In this document: positions 53,101-63,721 of the stretch, one piece after another | How positions within the stretch are numbered: the stretch's first letter is position 1 | Layout: each line of letters starts with the position of its first letter | Assembly: GCA_016748015.1 (NCBI GenBank) | Contig: JAAOMT010000176.1 | Location: 395,277 to 459,276 of the forward strand | Reading direction: 5' to 3' | Length of the DNA: 64,000 nucleotides | Origin: Geosiphon pyriformis uo1 | Taxonomy: Eukaryota > Fungi > Glomeromycota | Translations under genes and position numbers: made by a program | Notes under the pieces: generated by a model | The model's database searches: none | Told to the model about the DNA's origin: nothing | What the model saw: only the letters and a program-made list of their open reading frames with translations

Positions 53101-56100
53101 CCGACAATGATGAGAGTGAACCAACTTCAAGCTGAGAATGGGAAGAAAACAAAGAAAAAAAGGGAAAAGGGAAAGAGAGGGAGAAAGAAAACACTCAAGC
53201 CAACAATGCTTATATCCCATACACCTACAGTCAACAACAACCATCAACTTATCACTGACCCAAACTGATATGTGTTGATTGTGGCAAGAAATTGTCATCA
53301 ATAGGCACATGCTATGGTGACAACAAAGAATATCAGACAGCAACCAAGTTTTATTACCACACATGCTATATCAAACATTTTGGAAGACCAAAACAAATGA
53401 GAAAATGGGATAATACACCATATATAGCCTGTGGAAAAACTCTCTTGGATGATAGGATATGGAACGACATCCCAGAACATAGAGGAACATGCGACGTATT
53501 ATGTCAATACACGATTCTAATAAGCGACTGGGTAAGAAAAGAAACTCCAATAGAAGCAGCCTGGAAAAGAGCCATACAGTGACTGGACAATTGTCCCTAT
53601 GATGACGACGAGATTTGGCAAATGGCACTTGCCAAAATCAAAGAGGCGTCACCTGAGAAAATAAAAACAATCAAAGACAACCCCCAGAATCTTTAGAGCT
53701 TGACTGGAATGCAGAACCCATCATAAATCTCCTGGATCTGGAACAATTTCACGAACACTACCAAGAATTAGCACCCACAAGGAAAGAACAAAAACAATGG
53801 TTAAGGCAGTTAAATGCTCGACTATGTCAACACTGTCTAATTCCCTGTGACTTTCAGTATTGTGATGAGTGTGACCTCATTTACAATCCACCACCATGCA
53901 TGATCTATACGATCTCTGAAGAGGAAAAACCAATCAGCAGTTGTGCATCAGAATCGGAATCAATTTTCAATCCTGATTCAAACTCTAACAATGATAACAA
54001 CTAAAACACCAGTTCCAGTTCCGTTCAATATGGTGACAACAACAATACCAATTCCAACTCAGATTCAAACTCTGATTTAAATTACGAACAATACATTGCA
54101 TTACCAGATCTCTCCAAGGAACAAGAGTTGAAATGATATAGTGACAATGGGGAAGGTATTATGCCAGGATGTGCGCATGATATGGATGCAGGGTTTGATC
54201 TGAGATATCCAGGAAAAGATGCCATCAAATTGGAACTGCATTCACACACCTGCATTGATCTGAAAATAACACTAGAAATTCCGGCAACAACAATAGTTCA
54301 ATTAGCATCTAGGAGTAGTTTAGCGAAAAGAGGGATCAATATAAAAGGAGGAATAATTGACACGGGATATGTGAGAAATATCATTGCCATGCTACAAAAT
54401 GATTCCAAAAAGGCCTATATAATAGAGCCCAACAAAAAGATAGCACAGGCAATATTCCTGCCTCTGGTTAGAGTAGCTCAGTTAGTGTTAGTGAGAAAGA
54501 GGGAGGAATTAAGAATAACAGTGAAAGAAATACAAGAATTTGGATCAATGGGTAGAATAGATGTACCAGTCAATATGGCAGAGAAAAAAATTGTTGGCCA
54601 AGGAGAAATTATCTCAACTGGTCAAGCTATTTTCATTCCACTATATAACCAGTATATGCTAGCAATAGAAAGGAAAGAAAAGGAACAAGGACAAATTTTT
54701 GAAGCTAAAGCAAATCTTTGTGAATCAGGAGAGATTGGGTTGATCAATCTCCACATACTAGCCAAAAGCTATAGCAGCATAAAAATTCCCATCTACAACA
54801 ATACTGGCAATGTTATCAACATACCAGAAGAAACCACTATCAGATATTTAACCACAAAAATAGAGGACCAACCACCCAACCCTATTCCAGACTTTCCACA
54901 ACTTTGTGGATATATTGACATCACATCACAAACAATCTATGGATGAGATGAATGTTATTTGCTCCAACCAGAACAATTGGAACAAATGAACATGGGAAAC
55001 TTAGATCCACTCCAATGTATGCAGCTCAAGATATTACTCAACAATTTCAATGACATCTTTGCCAGTAAAAATGAGTTTGGCCAAACTGACATCATCCAGC
55101 ATCAGATCAAGACTGAAGATGCAATGCCAATCAAACAAAGAGCATACAGAGTGCCACCAGCCAGCCATGAAATCATTTGTCAAGAGATAAACAGAATGCT
55201 TGACAATGGGCTAATTCAATCATCAATGAGCTCATGGTCGTCACCAGTGGTACTCGTCCATAAGAAGAATAGAAAAATCTGGTTTTGTGTAGACTACAGG
55301 AAACTCAATGATATAACTCGTGGAGACAGTTATCCAACTCCACGAATACAGAAATTATTTGACACTTTTGGTGAGAACAAATGGTTCTCAACATTAGATT
55401 TGAACAGTGGTTACTGACAAGTAGTTATGAATTCAGCTGACAAAGAGAAGACAGCATTTACTACTAGAGAAAAGAATTTCGAATTTGAAGTAATGCTATT
55501 CGGCTTAACCAATGCCCCAGCAACTTTTCAGCAGCTAATAGAAATTGTTTATACTGACTTATTGTAGAAATCAGTAGTTGTATACTTGGATGACACCAAT
55601 GTATTCTCAAAAATGTTTGATGATCATCTTCATTATCTTCAACAAGTGTTTAAAAGACTAAGAAAAGCAGGACTAAAGTTAAATGCAACAAAGTGCTTCT
55701 TCAGCAAGACAGAACTAAAATTCTTGGGACACATAGTCAGCAAAGATGGCATCAAAACGGATCCAGAAAAAATAAAAATAGTAAAGAACTTTCCAGTGCT
55801 GACCAATATGACAGAACTGAAATCATTCTTGGGATTCGCCAGCTACTATCAACGTTTTATTAAGAACTTTTCCAAGATAGCGCAGCCACTCAACCAACTG
55901 CAGAACAAAGATACAAAATATGAATGGACCGAAAGTCAACAAGAAGCTTTTAATACTCTAAAAAAAAAGCTTATACAAGCTCCAGTACTGATCTATTCAG
56001 ATCACAGCAAACCATTCATCATTACCACGGATGTATCTGGCCAGGCATTAGGAACAGTACTATCTCAGAGAGGACCAAACAGCAGGGAACATCCAGTAGC

Positions 56101-56386
56101 ATATGCCAGCAGAGGTTTAACACCAGCCGAAAAAAACTATGGAACACCAGAAAAAGAACACTTAGCAATATACTGGTTAGTCATGAAATGGAAAGAATAT
56201 TTAAGCCAGAAGTTTGAAGTGTATACAGATTACAAAGAATTAACATCACTTCAAAAACAAAAATTTGGAGATGGAAGACAGTCAAGATGGAAAATGGCAC
56301 TCGCACCATATAAGTATACTATACATTATAAAAAAGGAAAAGACAATAGAAATGTGAACAGTTTATCACAAATAAGACAAATCTAA
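50168..56386 (+). pseudogene. ORF1 of A copy 2: Gag-PR-Cys-rich-dUTPase-RT-RNase H
   Basis: Fragments at 50168, 51266, 52034, 52739, 54161, 54959 and 55586 are in one frame (one compensated indel pair around 53030-53690); LILDSSS, AGFDL/RSSLA/GGIIDTGY, YLDD, TDVSG, EKNYG. Confidence 0.92.
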
Positions 56387-56448
56387 GAACATTTCAACCC
56401 AAAAATATAACAAAACCAGAACAATACCAACAAAAAATACAACAAAAG

Positions 56449-57831
56449 ATGAACATACAAAAATATCAACAATTACAACATTATATAAACACTCAACAGT
56501 TCAAGGAGAATTTATCTCAAACAAAATGAAAGAGTATTAAACAACAATCAAAATATTTTATCACTTACCAAAATATACTTTATCAGAAAAATAGAAGGGA
56601 TCCAAATCAACCAACCAGAATAATTACAGAGCCAGAAAAAGAGACAATATTATTCAACATGCACTCAAATCCAACAGCAGGACATTTTCACAAAGAAGCA
56701 ACCATGGAAAGAACCAGAAAGAGATACTATTGGCCATCAATATACCCAAACATCATTCAATATGTTCAAAATTGTGATACTTGTCAGCAAAGAGAAGGAA
56801 CAAGACCCAGTAAACCATTAAAACCAATCAAAGTGGAACAACCATTTGACTGTATTGGAATTGATTTAGTCGGACCATTAACAATCACCAGCAGAGGAAA
56901 CAGATACATAGCGGTAGCTATGGACTATCTCACTAAATGGCCAGAGGCAAAAGCAATTCAAAGAGTAGATGCAGAATCTGTTGCCAAATTTGTTCATCAG
57001 GATTTGATTTGTCGACATGGATGTCCAAAAGAATTATTATCAGACCAAAGAACTCATTTTGTGAACAGAACATTAACAGAATTGAGCCAAAGATTCAGAA
57101 TTAAGAGACTATTATCATCATCATACCATCCACAAACCAATGGATTAGTAGAAAGATTCAATAGAACATTGTGTGAAGCAATAGCTAAGCTCAGCCAAAA
57201 AAACCAGAACGATTGGGATTTGTTCATACCATTAGTACTATTTGCTTATTGGACAATGAAACAAGATACTACACAAGCAACACCATTTGAATTAGTATAT
57301 GGAAGAACAGCAACGTTACCAGTAGAGAGAGAAATTAATACATATCCAGCTGAACCAATAACAGAAGAAAATTTTCAAGAAACATTGCTGAGAAGAACAT
57401 ATGACTTAATGGAAACATTGGAAAACAAACAAAGAAGAGCAGCTGATAATATTCAAAAGTCACAAAAAAAACAGAAAAAAAGACATGATAGTTAACTACC
57501 AGATAAACCAGTTAAATTCAAGATTGGAGACAAAGTATTACTACATCGTACCAAAGCGAAAAAACAGTGAAGTGAAAAATTCAACTCCAAATGGGATGGA
57601 CCATTTCACATAGAAGAAATTCTAGGAAATGGAGCTTACAAATTAAGATTGGATAACAAAATTTTAACCAAAGCAGCACATGGAAATCGACTGAAGCCAT
57701 ATTACAACATTATACTACCATCTACCAGTAATATTCCACAATTAGGAGTACAGAGAATACTAGTCTGACCAGAGGAGATTCCACGAGATCTGGAACCAAT
57801 TGTTCTTATCAACAACAACACGTTAAATTAA
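56449..57831 (+). pseudogene. Stand-alone integrase ORF of A copy 2 (461 codons, a few stops)
   Basis: Own ATG 62 nt after the RNase H stop; HHCC (HSNPTAGH..CDTC), IDLVGP..SDQ..NGLVERFN, WDGPF, LEPIVLIN. Confidence 0.92.
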
Positions 57832-57855
57832 TCAATCAAAAGAATATATAAAGAC

Positions 57856-58515
57856 ATGGTAGATGTGACAGAAAATATCAGAAAAATGGAAATTACAGAC
57901 AACATTTACACACTAGCACAACAACTCTTTTAATTAATCCAACACCAGGAAATGGAGATTACAATCAATCAACAAACCATTTGATATCAAGATACTAGAA
58001 AGACATTGCAGCTCAGAACACTGAAAAAAACTGAAAATATGGTGGACAAAATCATGGCGAAAATAAAATTAGCAATAAAAGAATCAACAAAAGAGTCACT
58101 ATATCAAGAGTTGACTAAAGAAACTTGGAATTGGTTGATACAACAATTTCCACCAAACTATTGTTATTTTTACTTGGGACAACATGTAAATATCCAGAAT
58201 CTATATACGGATAAAACAAAGCGATTATTCGACAAAAGAATACTACAACAATTAGAACATTTTGTGGAAAAAAACAACTTATCCACACAAGCCTGAGCCA
58301 TATACCAAATACACACAGCATTTCAGGATAAACCAGAAATATTGCTCAACAAAGCAATAGATATGGTTACCAGTAATCAATTGGGAAAAATCACCAATGC
58401 TCAATTTGAAAAATTACAGACCCAAATAACACAAGTAATTCTTAAAAACAAAATCCAGAAAATACTTCAAGAAGAGAAATTACATGAGTTGGATTTTGAC
58501 GGAGCTCAATATTAA
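57856..58515 (+). pseudogene. ORF3 of A copy 2 (220 codons, three internal stops), unknown function
   Basis: ATG 24 nt after the integrase stop; ends LDFDGAQY* at the PPT; homologs in A copy 1 and family B. Confidence 0.82.
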
Positions 58516-58528
58516 AAGGAGAGAATAA

Positions 58529-59416
58529 TGTTACTTATAGAAATATAGGAAATATATTAGCATACTTATTAGTCAATCAGAAGTAAGTATAATAAATGTG
58601 GAATTCCAGGATTCCTCTCAGGAATTGCAGGATTCCAGGATTCCTCTCAGGAATTGCAGGATTCCAGGAATTTCAAGATTCCCTAACAAGGAATTGTAGA
58701 ATTCCAGAATTCCAAGATTCCTCTCAAAGGAATTGCAGGATTCCAGGAATTTCAGGATTCCTGTCATGAAGAATCAAGGAATTGAGGAATCCCAATTATG
58801 TATATATAATGGTAGTGTTAGAAACAGAAAAGACAGAATCGATATCACAGAATCCTTAACCAAGAAACAAAATCATCAAATAAATAATTATTTCATATCT
58901 CAATTCACTCTCCACTATCAACACTTCATGTTGATAGTAATTGATACTTAACCACACTAGAACAATAGCTCTTGATCATGGCTATTGATAGAATACTAAA
59001 TTGCTGAACTGCCTAGGCTTATTTATTTTCTTTTATTTCTTTTATTTATTTTATTTGCTTTGATTGTTGTGTATACTAATTAATTAAAAGATTAAGCACG
59101 GAGTTATTGACGTCAAGAATAGCCTGGTAAAAGACCCAGAAATAAGGGTAGGATTTTATATATTATTAGATAGCTTACCAGAAGGGCACGATTACCAGAC
59201 TAAATCTGGCCACCATGCTGAGAAAAAAATTGGGAAAACTTTTGGAAAGATACACCTACTATCGACACTATTGAATCTCTGTCTATTATACAAAAGACTC
59301 CATCAAAACTTTTAGATACAACATTTTGCAGAACCTCATCCACGGAAGTAGCTTTTTTTAAGCACCAAATTACGGGTTGTTATTTAATTCAACAGCCAAA
59401 ATAATCACCTGTAACA
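58529..59416 (+). repeat. 3' LTR of family A copy 2
   Basis: TG...CA; carries an extra ~29-bp U3 repeat unit relative to the 5' LTR. Confidence 0.95.
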
Positions 59417-62400
59417 ATGCTTACTAGTGAAACCAGCAGCCAAATGAGAATCTGAATGTCACACCAAAGAAGATCTGAACCAATCAATGTCCAAACGCAA
59501 GCTTTCTATCATAATCCGAGAGCTCGAACCCATCTCCTATCGTGTACAATGAACAGATCGGAACACATCATGGACAAAATGTCTAGAATTACCAAATACC
59601 GCAGTATCACCAGCCATTAAAAACCACTCACTGATAGAAGGAGGTAGGTGCAAGTTAGAAAAAGCAGCAGCCTTAGCTAAAGCATCAGCACGCTCATTGC
59701 CTAAGACACCCGAATGGCCCTTAATTTTAATCCAACTAACATCCAAGTTTTTGCGATGAATGACATTGGCGATGTAACAACACTCAATCCAACAACAATT
59801 CCTAAAATCAGGGCCAGCCGATAAAGACTCCAACCTGCAAGCATCAATAGCCGCCTGGCTGTCCAAGAACAAATCTACCGAACAAAAGGAAAGAACACAC
59901 TCAAGAGCTAAAGCAATGGCCTGCAGCTCCACCAAAGTAGAAAAAACCACACCAGAAATTCTCACACCCAGACCCAAATCAATGTCCTCAAAGAAAACTG
60001 CAGCACCAGCCAACATGTCAACCATGCCCAAGTTACTCAAAGACCCATCAGTGTACACAGAGAGATAGGTGACATCCACACCCAACAGATTGTGACAAAC
60101 AACACCAAAACCAAGAGACTGATGGATGTTATAAGAACTATCAACACCATTATGAGTGGAATGACCAGAAGGAGAAGCTATATCACCAAGAAAATAAACA
60201 GAGAGATCAAACCAGGAGGGGACTGGGCCACAGGAGTCCAGTCTCTTCCAATGCTTGAAAGTCTTCCAATCAAAAACAATGCCATTCCAGTTACAAAGCT
60301 GTTTCACAAAAGCAATACCATAATGCCTGAGAGAGGAGACACATTTGAAGAAAATTTTCTCACTGAGTACCAAAGACATAGGAGTACCACATCAAAGACA
60401 AAAAACACCAGCCAGAAAGCCACCCAAAGACAAATTACATTCAGAAAAAATATGAACTACACTTGCCAAAAAGTTGTTTGAAGGGCTGACTCTAACACAA
60501 ACAGAAAACAACAAAGGGTGACGAGGACTCCAGTTGAGAACCTGGAGATTATAAGACCTATGAAAGAACAAACGACCTAAAACACCAACCAAATTCACAA
60601 AAGCAATAACAGAAGCTGACTTGCTCTTAGCCTGAATCTGCTCAAAAGTCTTTAAATTGTACAAGGAAGGATGATGAAGTGCATCATTGGGAAAGTCCAG
60701 AGGCAGCCCAGATTTGGACTTCAGGCCCTTGCAAATCAAAGTGTCCCACTTATTACACACACTGAGAGGAATAAAACTGAACTGAATTCTGTAGCTGATG
60801 ATGGGAAAGAGAACTGAAGACACTAAATAAGCAAACTGTTTTCTAAAATAACCTTTCTCAGAATGAAATTGACAAAAAACTGAATGTCTGAATGCGCCTT
60901 AACCAAGCTAGGCTTCGAAAGACCATCAGAAGATAAAAAAATACCCAGATAATAATAAGGTTCACCTCTTTTAGTGATGGAAATTGGCATACCACTAATA
61001 GTTAGATAAGAAGCAGCAACCCAACAGTTGATAGAAATGGCCACAGTCTTGTCATTGTTTATCGAAATGTCATTCAAATGAAAGAACTCACTAGCAACAT
61101 TGAGGATGTGTTGTGTAGCAGCTTGGCTGCTACTGACCCAGATAGTATCATCAACAAAAGCACTAGCGGCCAGAAACGATGACAGCCCAGCTTGAGATTC
61201 CACCCAGCCAGTCTTAGAAACAAAATGAGAAATCAACTTGTAACCACAAACACTTTTTTGTCTCTTAACCTCACACAAAAGCAAGTCATAAAATATGCGC
61301 CAGAGAAGTGGTGAAAAAACTTCCCCCTGATTCAATCCATTGTGAACATAATATCCATTAGTTAAACCAAAATCTGTCATTATTTTATTAGTGCAACCAT
61401 TATAAATGCCACCAAAAAATCTGATGAATTTGTCACATATTTTGATCTTAATCAAACTCCTCTTGAAATGTTCCCAACCAACAGAATTATAAGTTTTGCG
61501 CATATCCTGTAAAACCAGCCACAACTTTCGGTTCTTTTCCAAAGCATCTTCGATTACCGAACCAATAGTGAAGATAGGTAATTGAGTAGACGTACCTTTC
61601 AGAACAGAGAAATTGTCCCCGCGGAGAACATCAAAAGTGCTACAAGCCAGAGAGATCTGATCTGAAAAAATCTTGGAAAGAACCTTGCGAGCTGTTTCAA
61701 TTAAAGCAATAGGACAGGTATTTATAAGAATCCCCTCCCACTTATAAAGTTTAGGGATTATTGAGACCCAGGCTTCCCTCCAAGGTCCAGATATTGACTC
61801 ACAATCCAAACAGAAATTCAAGAGCACCAAAAGCATATCCAAGATTGCCTTGTCACAGTGTTTCCAAAGTTCATTAGTGATATCAGAAAGACCAGCCGTT
61901 TTTCCATTGGACAAATTTGAAATAACACCAAACATCTCATCAAAACTGATTGAATGTATTACATCAGAGAAGGCACCATCAAAGACATGATCCAAAGGCC
62001 GAAACTGCCTTGCCCAATCACCAGAGATATCAGAAGCCACCACACGTCTCTTAGTCCAACCCTTCATAATTCCATTCACCTTAGATTTAACCAAATCAGG
62101 CTCCAAGACCAACTTCCCATCATCCACCAAATGATCCAACACCACTTTATGAACAGGACACTTCAAAACACTCCTAATGGTGTAACCTTTATTCATCTCA
62201 AAACTCTCCATTCTCTTCTCAATAGCCTGCCTTATACAAGATTCTTCAGCACGCTTAGATTCCAATAACTTAGAAGAGCAGTAAGACTTTCTCACCTTAG
62301 CCAGCCCAGAACAGATCACATCAAAGCTGGTGCCAGAAAGAAACAGAGCTTTCACTAATGAAGCACTCACAGAATTAAGTCTGTCCCAAGTATCCAACAA

Positions 62401-63721
62401 CGAGGCAAAATCCCTACCAGAAACCAACCAAGAAGCCTTCACCAGTTTAGACACAAGTAGCTCAAGTCTATGAAACCAGAAAGATACCTTATTAAAAACA
62501 CAATTGAAACCCTTAAATCATTTTTTTTTGAACGTTTCACCAGCTGAAAAAACCATAACCTTATGAACAATATCCCATATTGCATCCAGATCAGAAAACT
62601 GCATAGCCACAACATACTCATCCAAGAACATAACCACATTAGCAGCCATAGCATTCCTGAATTCTGACCACTTAATCTTATTGGCATCTTTGATATCATA
62701 CTTCCAATAATCTTTATTAGCTTGTTTACACAGTAAATTTAGCTGAACATCGAGCAGGCCACCCAGTCTCACAGAAACATAAACGGCTTTGTGATTGGTA
62801 TCAAAATATTTCTCAATGCCATCCACACCACAATCCACTACCACTCCAGCCAAATTAGAGGAAACAAACACATAGTCAATTGTCTTAGTGATACTATAAG
62901 AATTGCACCAAGTAGGTGACTTTACAAGAGAGCTCCTCCCCAGAGAGTTAATCAAACCCAAATCAAAACATTTTTTAAAGCTGGCACATTTGTGCAAACC
63001 ATCCTCATTAAAATCACCACCAAGAATAACAAAAGAAGACTTATTAACGGCTTTAGCAATAAGAGAGTTGATCTTACCAGCCTGAGAAAACCAAGCCACC
63101 AATGAAGCACCAGCATAGAGCCCCAAAATAGACACCAAAAATTTATTTTTGAAAAGCAACTTGATGGATAAGAGCTAACCAGACACCTCAAAAATCTTGC
63201 AGACATGCTTTGCTAAAGAAGAATTCACGACGATTAACACCCCAGCATCCGAAGAACCAGAATCCAGATCAGAAGCAAAAACTTGAACACCATCAAATTT
63301 GTCGGCTAACCATGGGTGAACTTTCCTTTTAAGCTTTGACTCTGTGAAAATAGAAACCAAATTATTCATATCTTTGTGCCAACAAATGACATCATCTTGC
63401 TTCGCAGGATTGTTCAACCCATGAACATTACATGTAGCAATTTTTTATACCAGACTATTCATTGAGAAAGAGGGAGAGGAAAAGCACCACCTGCCAAAGC
63501 CAAACTATCCAAGTGCGCTAATAGGCTTATGACTGAAGCAGAAAGATCTTCCAACATGTTTTCTAATTTTACAACTTCAGATGAGGCAGTTGAACCAAGA
63601 ATGGCAGCAGTCTTGTCACTAGTGGCATCACCTAAACCCATTCCCATTACTATATCCTCTCCTTGATTCTGTAATGGGAAGTCACCAGCAGCTGACGTCC
63701 AGGACTAGGCTGGGAAACTGC

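Larger units (their letters stand above)
49234..59416 (+). mobile_element. Full-length Ty3/Gypsy LTR retrotransposon, family A copy 2 (best preserved)
   Basis: LTRs 49234-50105 and 58529-59416, flanks ACAC/ATGC (decayed ACGC), PBS-like tggtgctctc from 50108, PPT 58514-58528. Confidence 0.96.
48452..63721 (-). mobile_element. LINE (non-LTR retrotransposon): ORF1 3' end, ORF2 63462-48588 (APE endonuclease, RT, RNase H, C-terminal zinc motif), 3' UTR and poly(A); split by Gypsy A copy 2; continues past the LTR at 63722
   Basis: KIATCNVHG, ILGGDFN, TIDYVF, QGEVFSPLLW, FVDDT, VYTDGS..ELQAI..DSQ..KGHSGVLGNERADALAK, CLYCG..SDHMFSC; T-run at 48452-48467. Confidence 0.93.

Noticed and set aside
57660-57831. 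Chromodomain at the integrase C-terminus
   Set aside because: No aromatic-cage or YLVKW-like pattern; the tail is short
57856-58515. ORF3 as an envelope glycoprotein
   Set aside because: No signal peptide, furin site or hydrophobic transmembrane stretch, and too short
60092-60481. Plus-strand ORFs opposite LINE ORF2 (also 61954-62268, 62903-63085)
   Set aside because: Antisense shadows with no independent motifs
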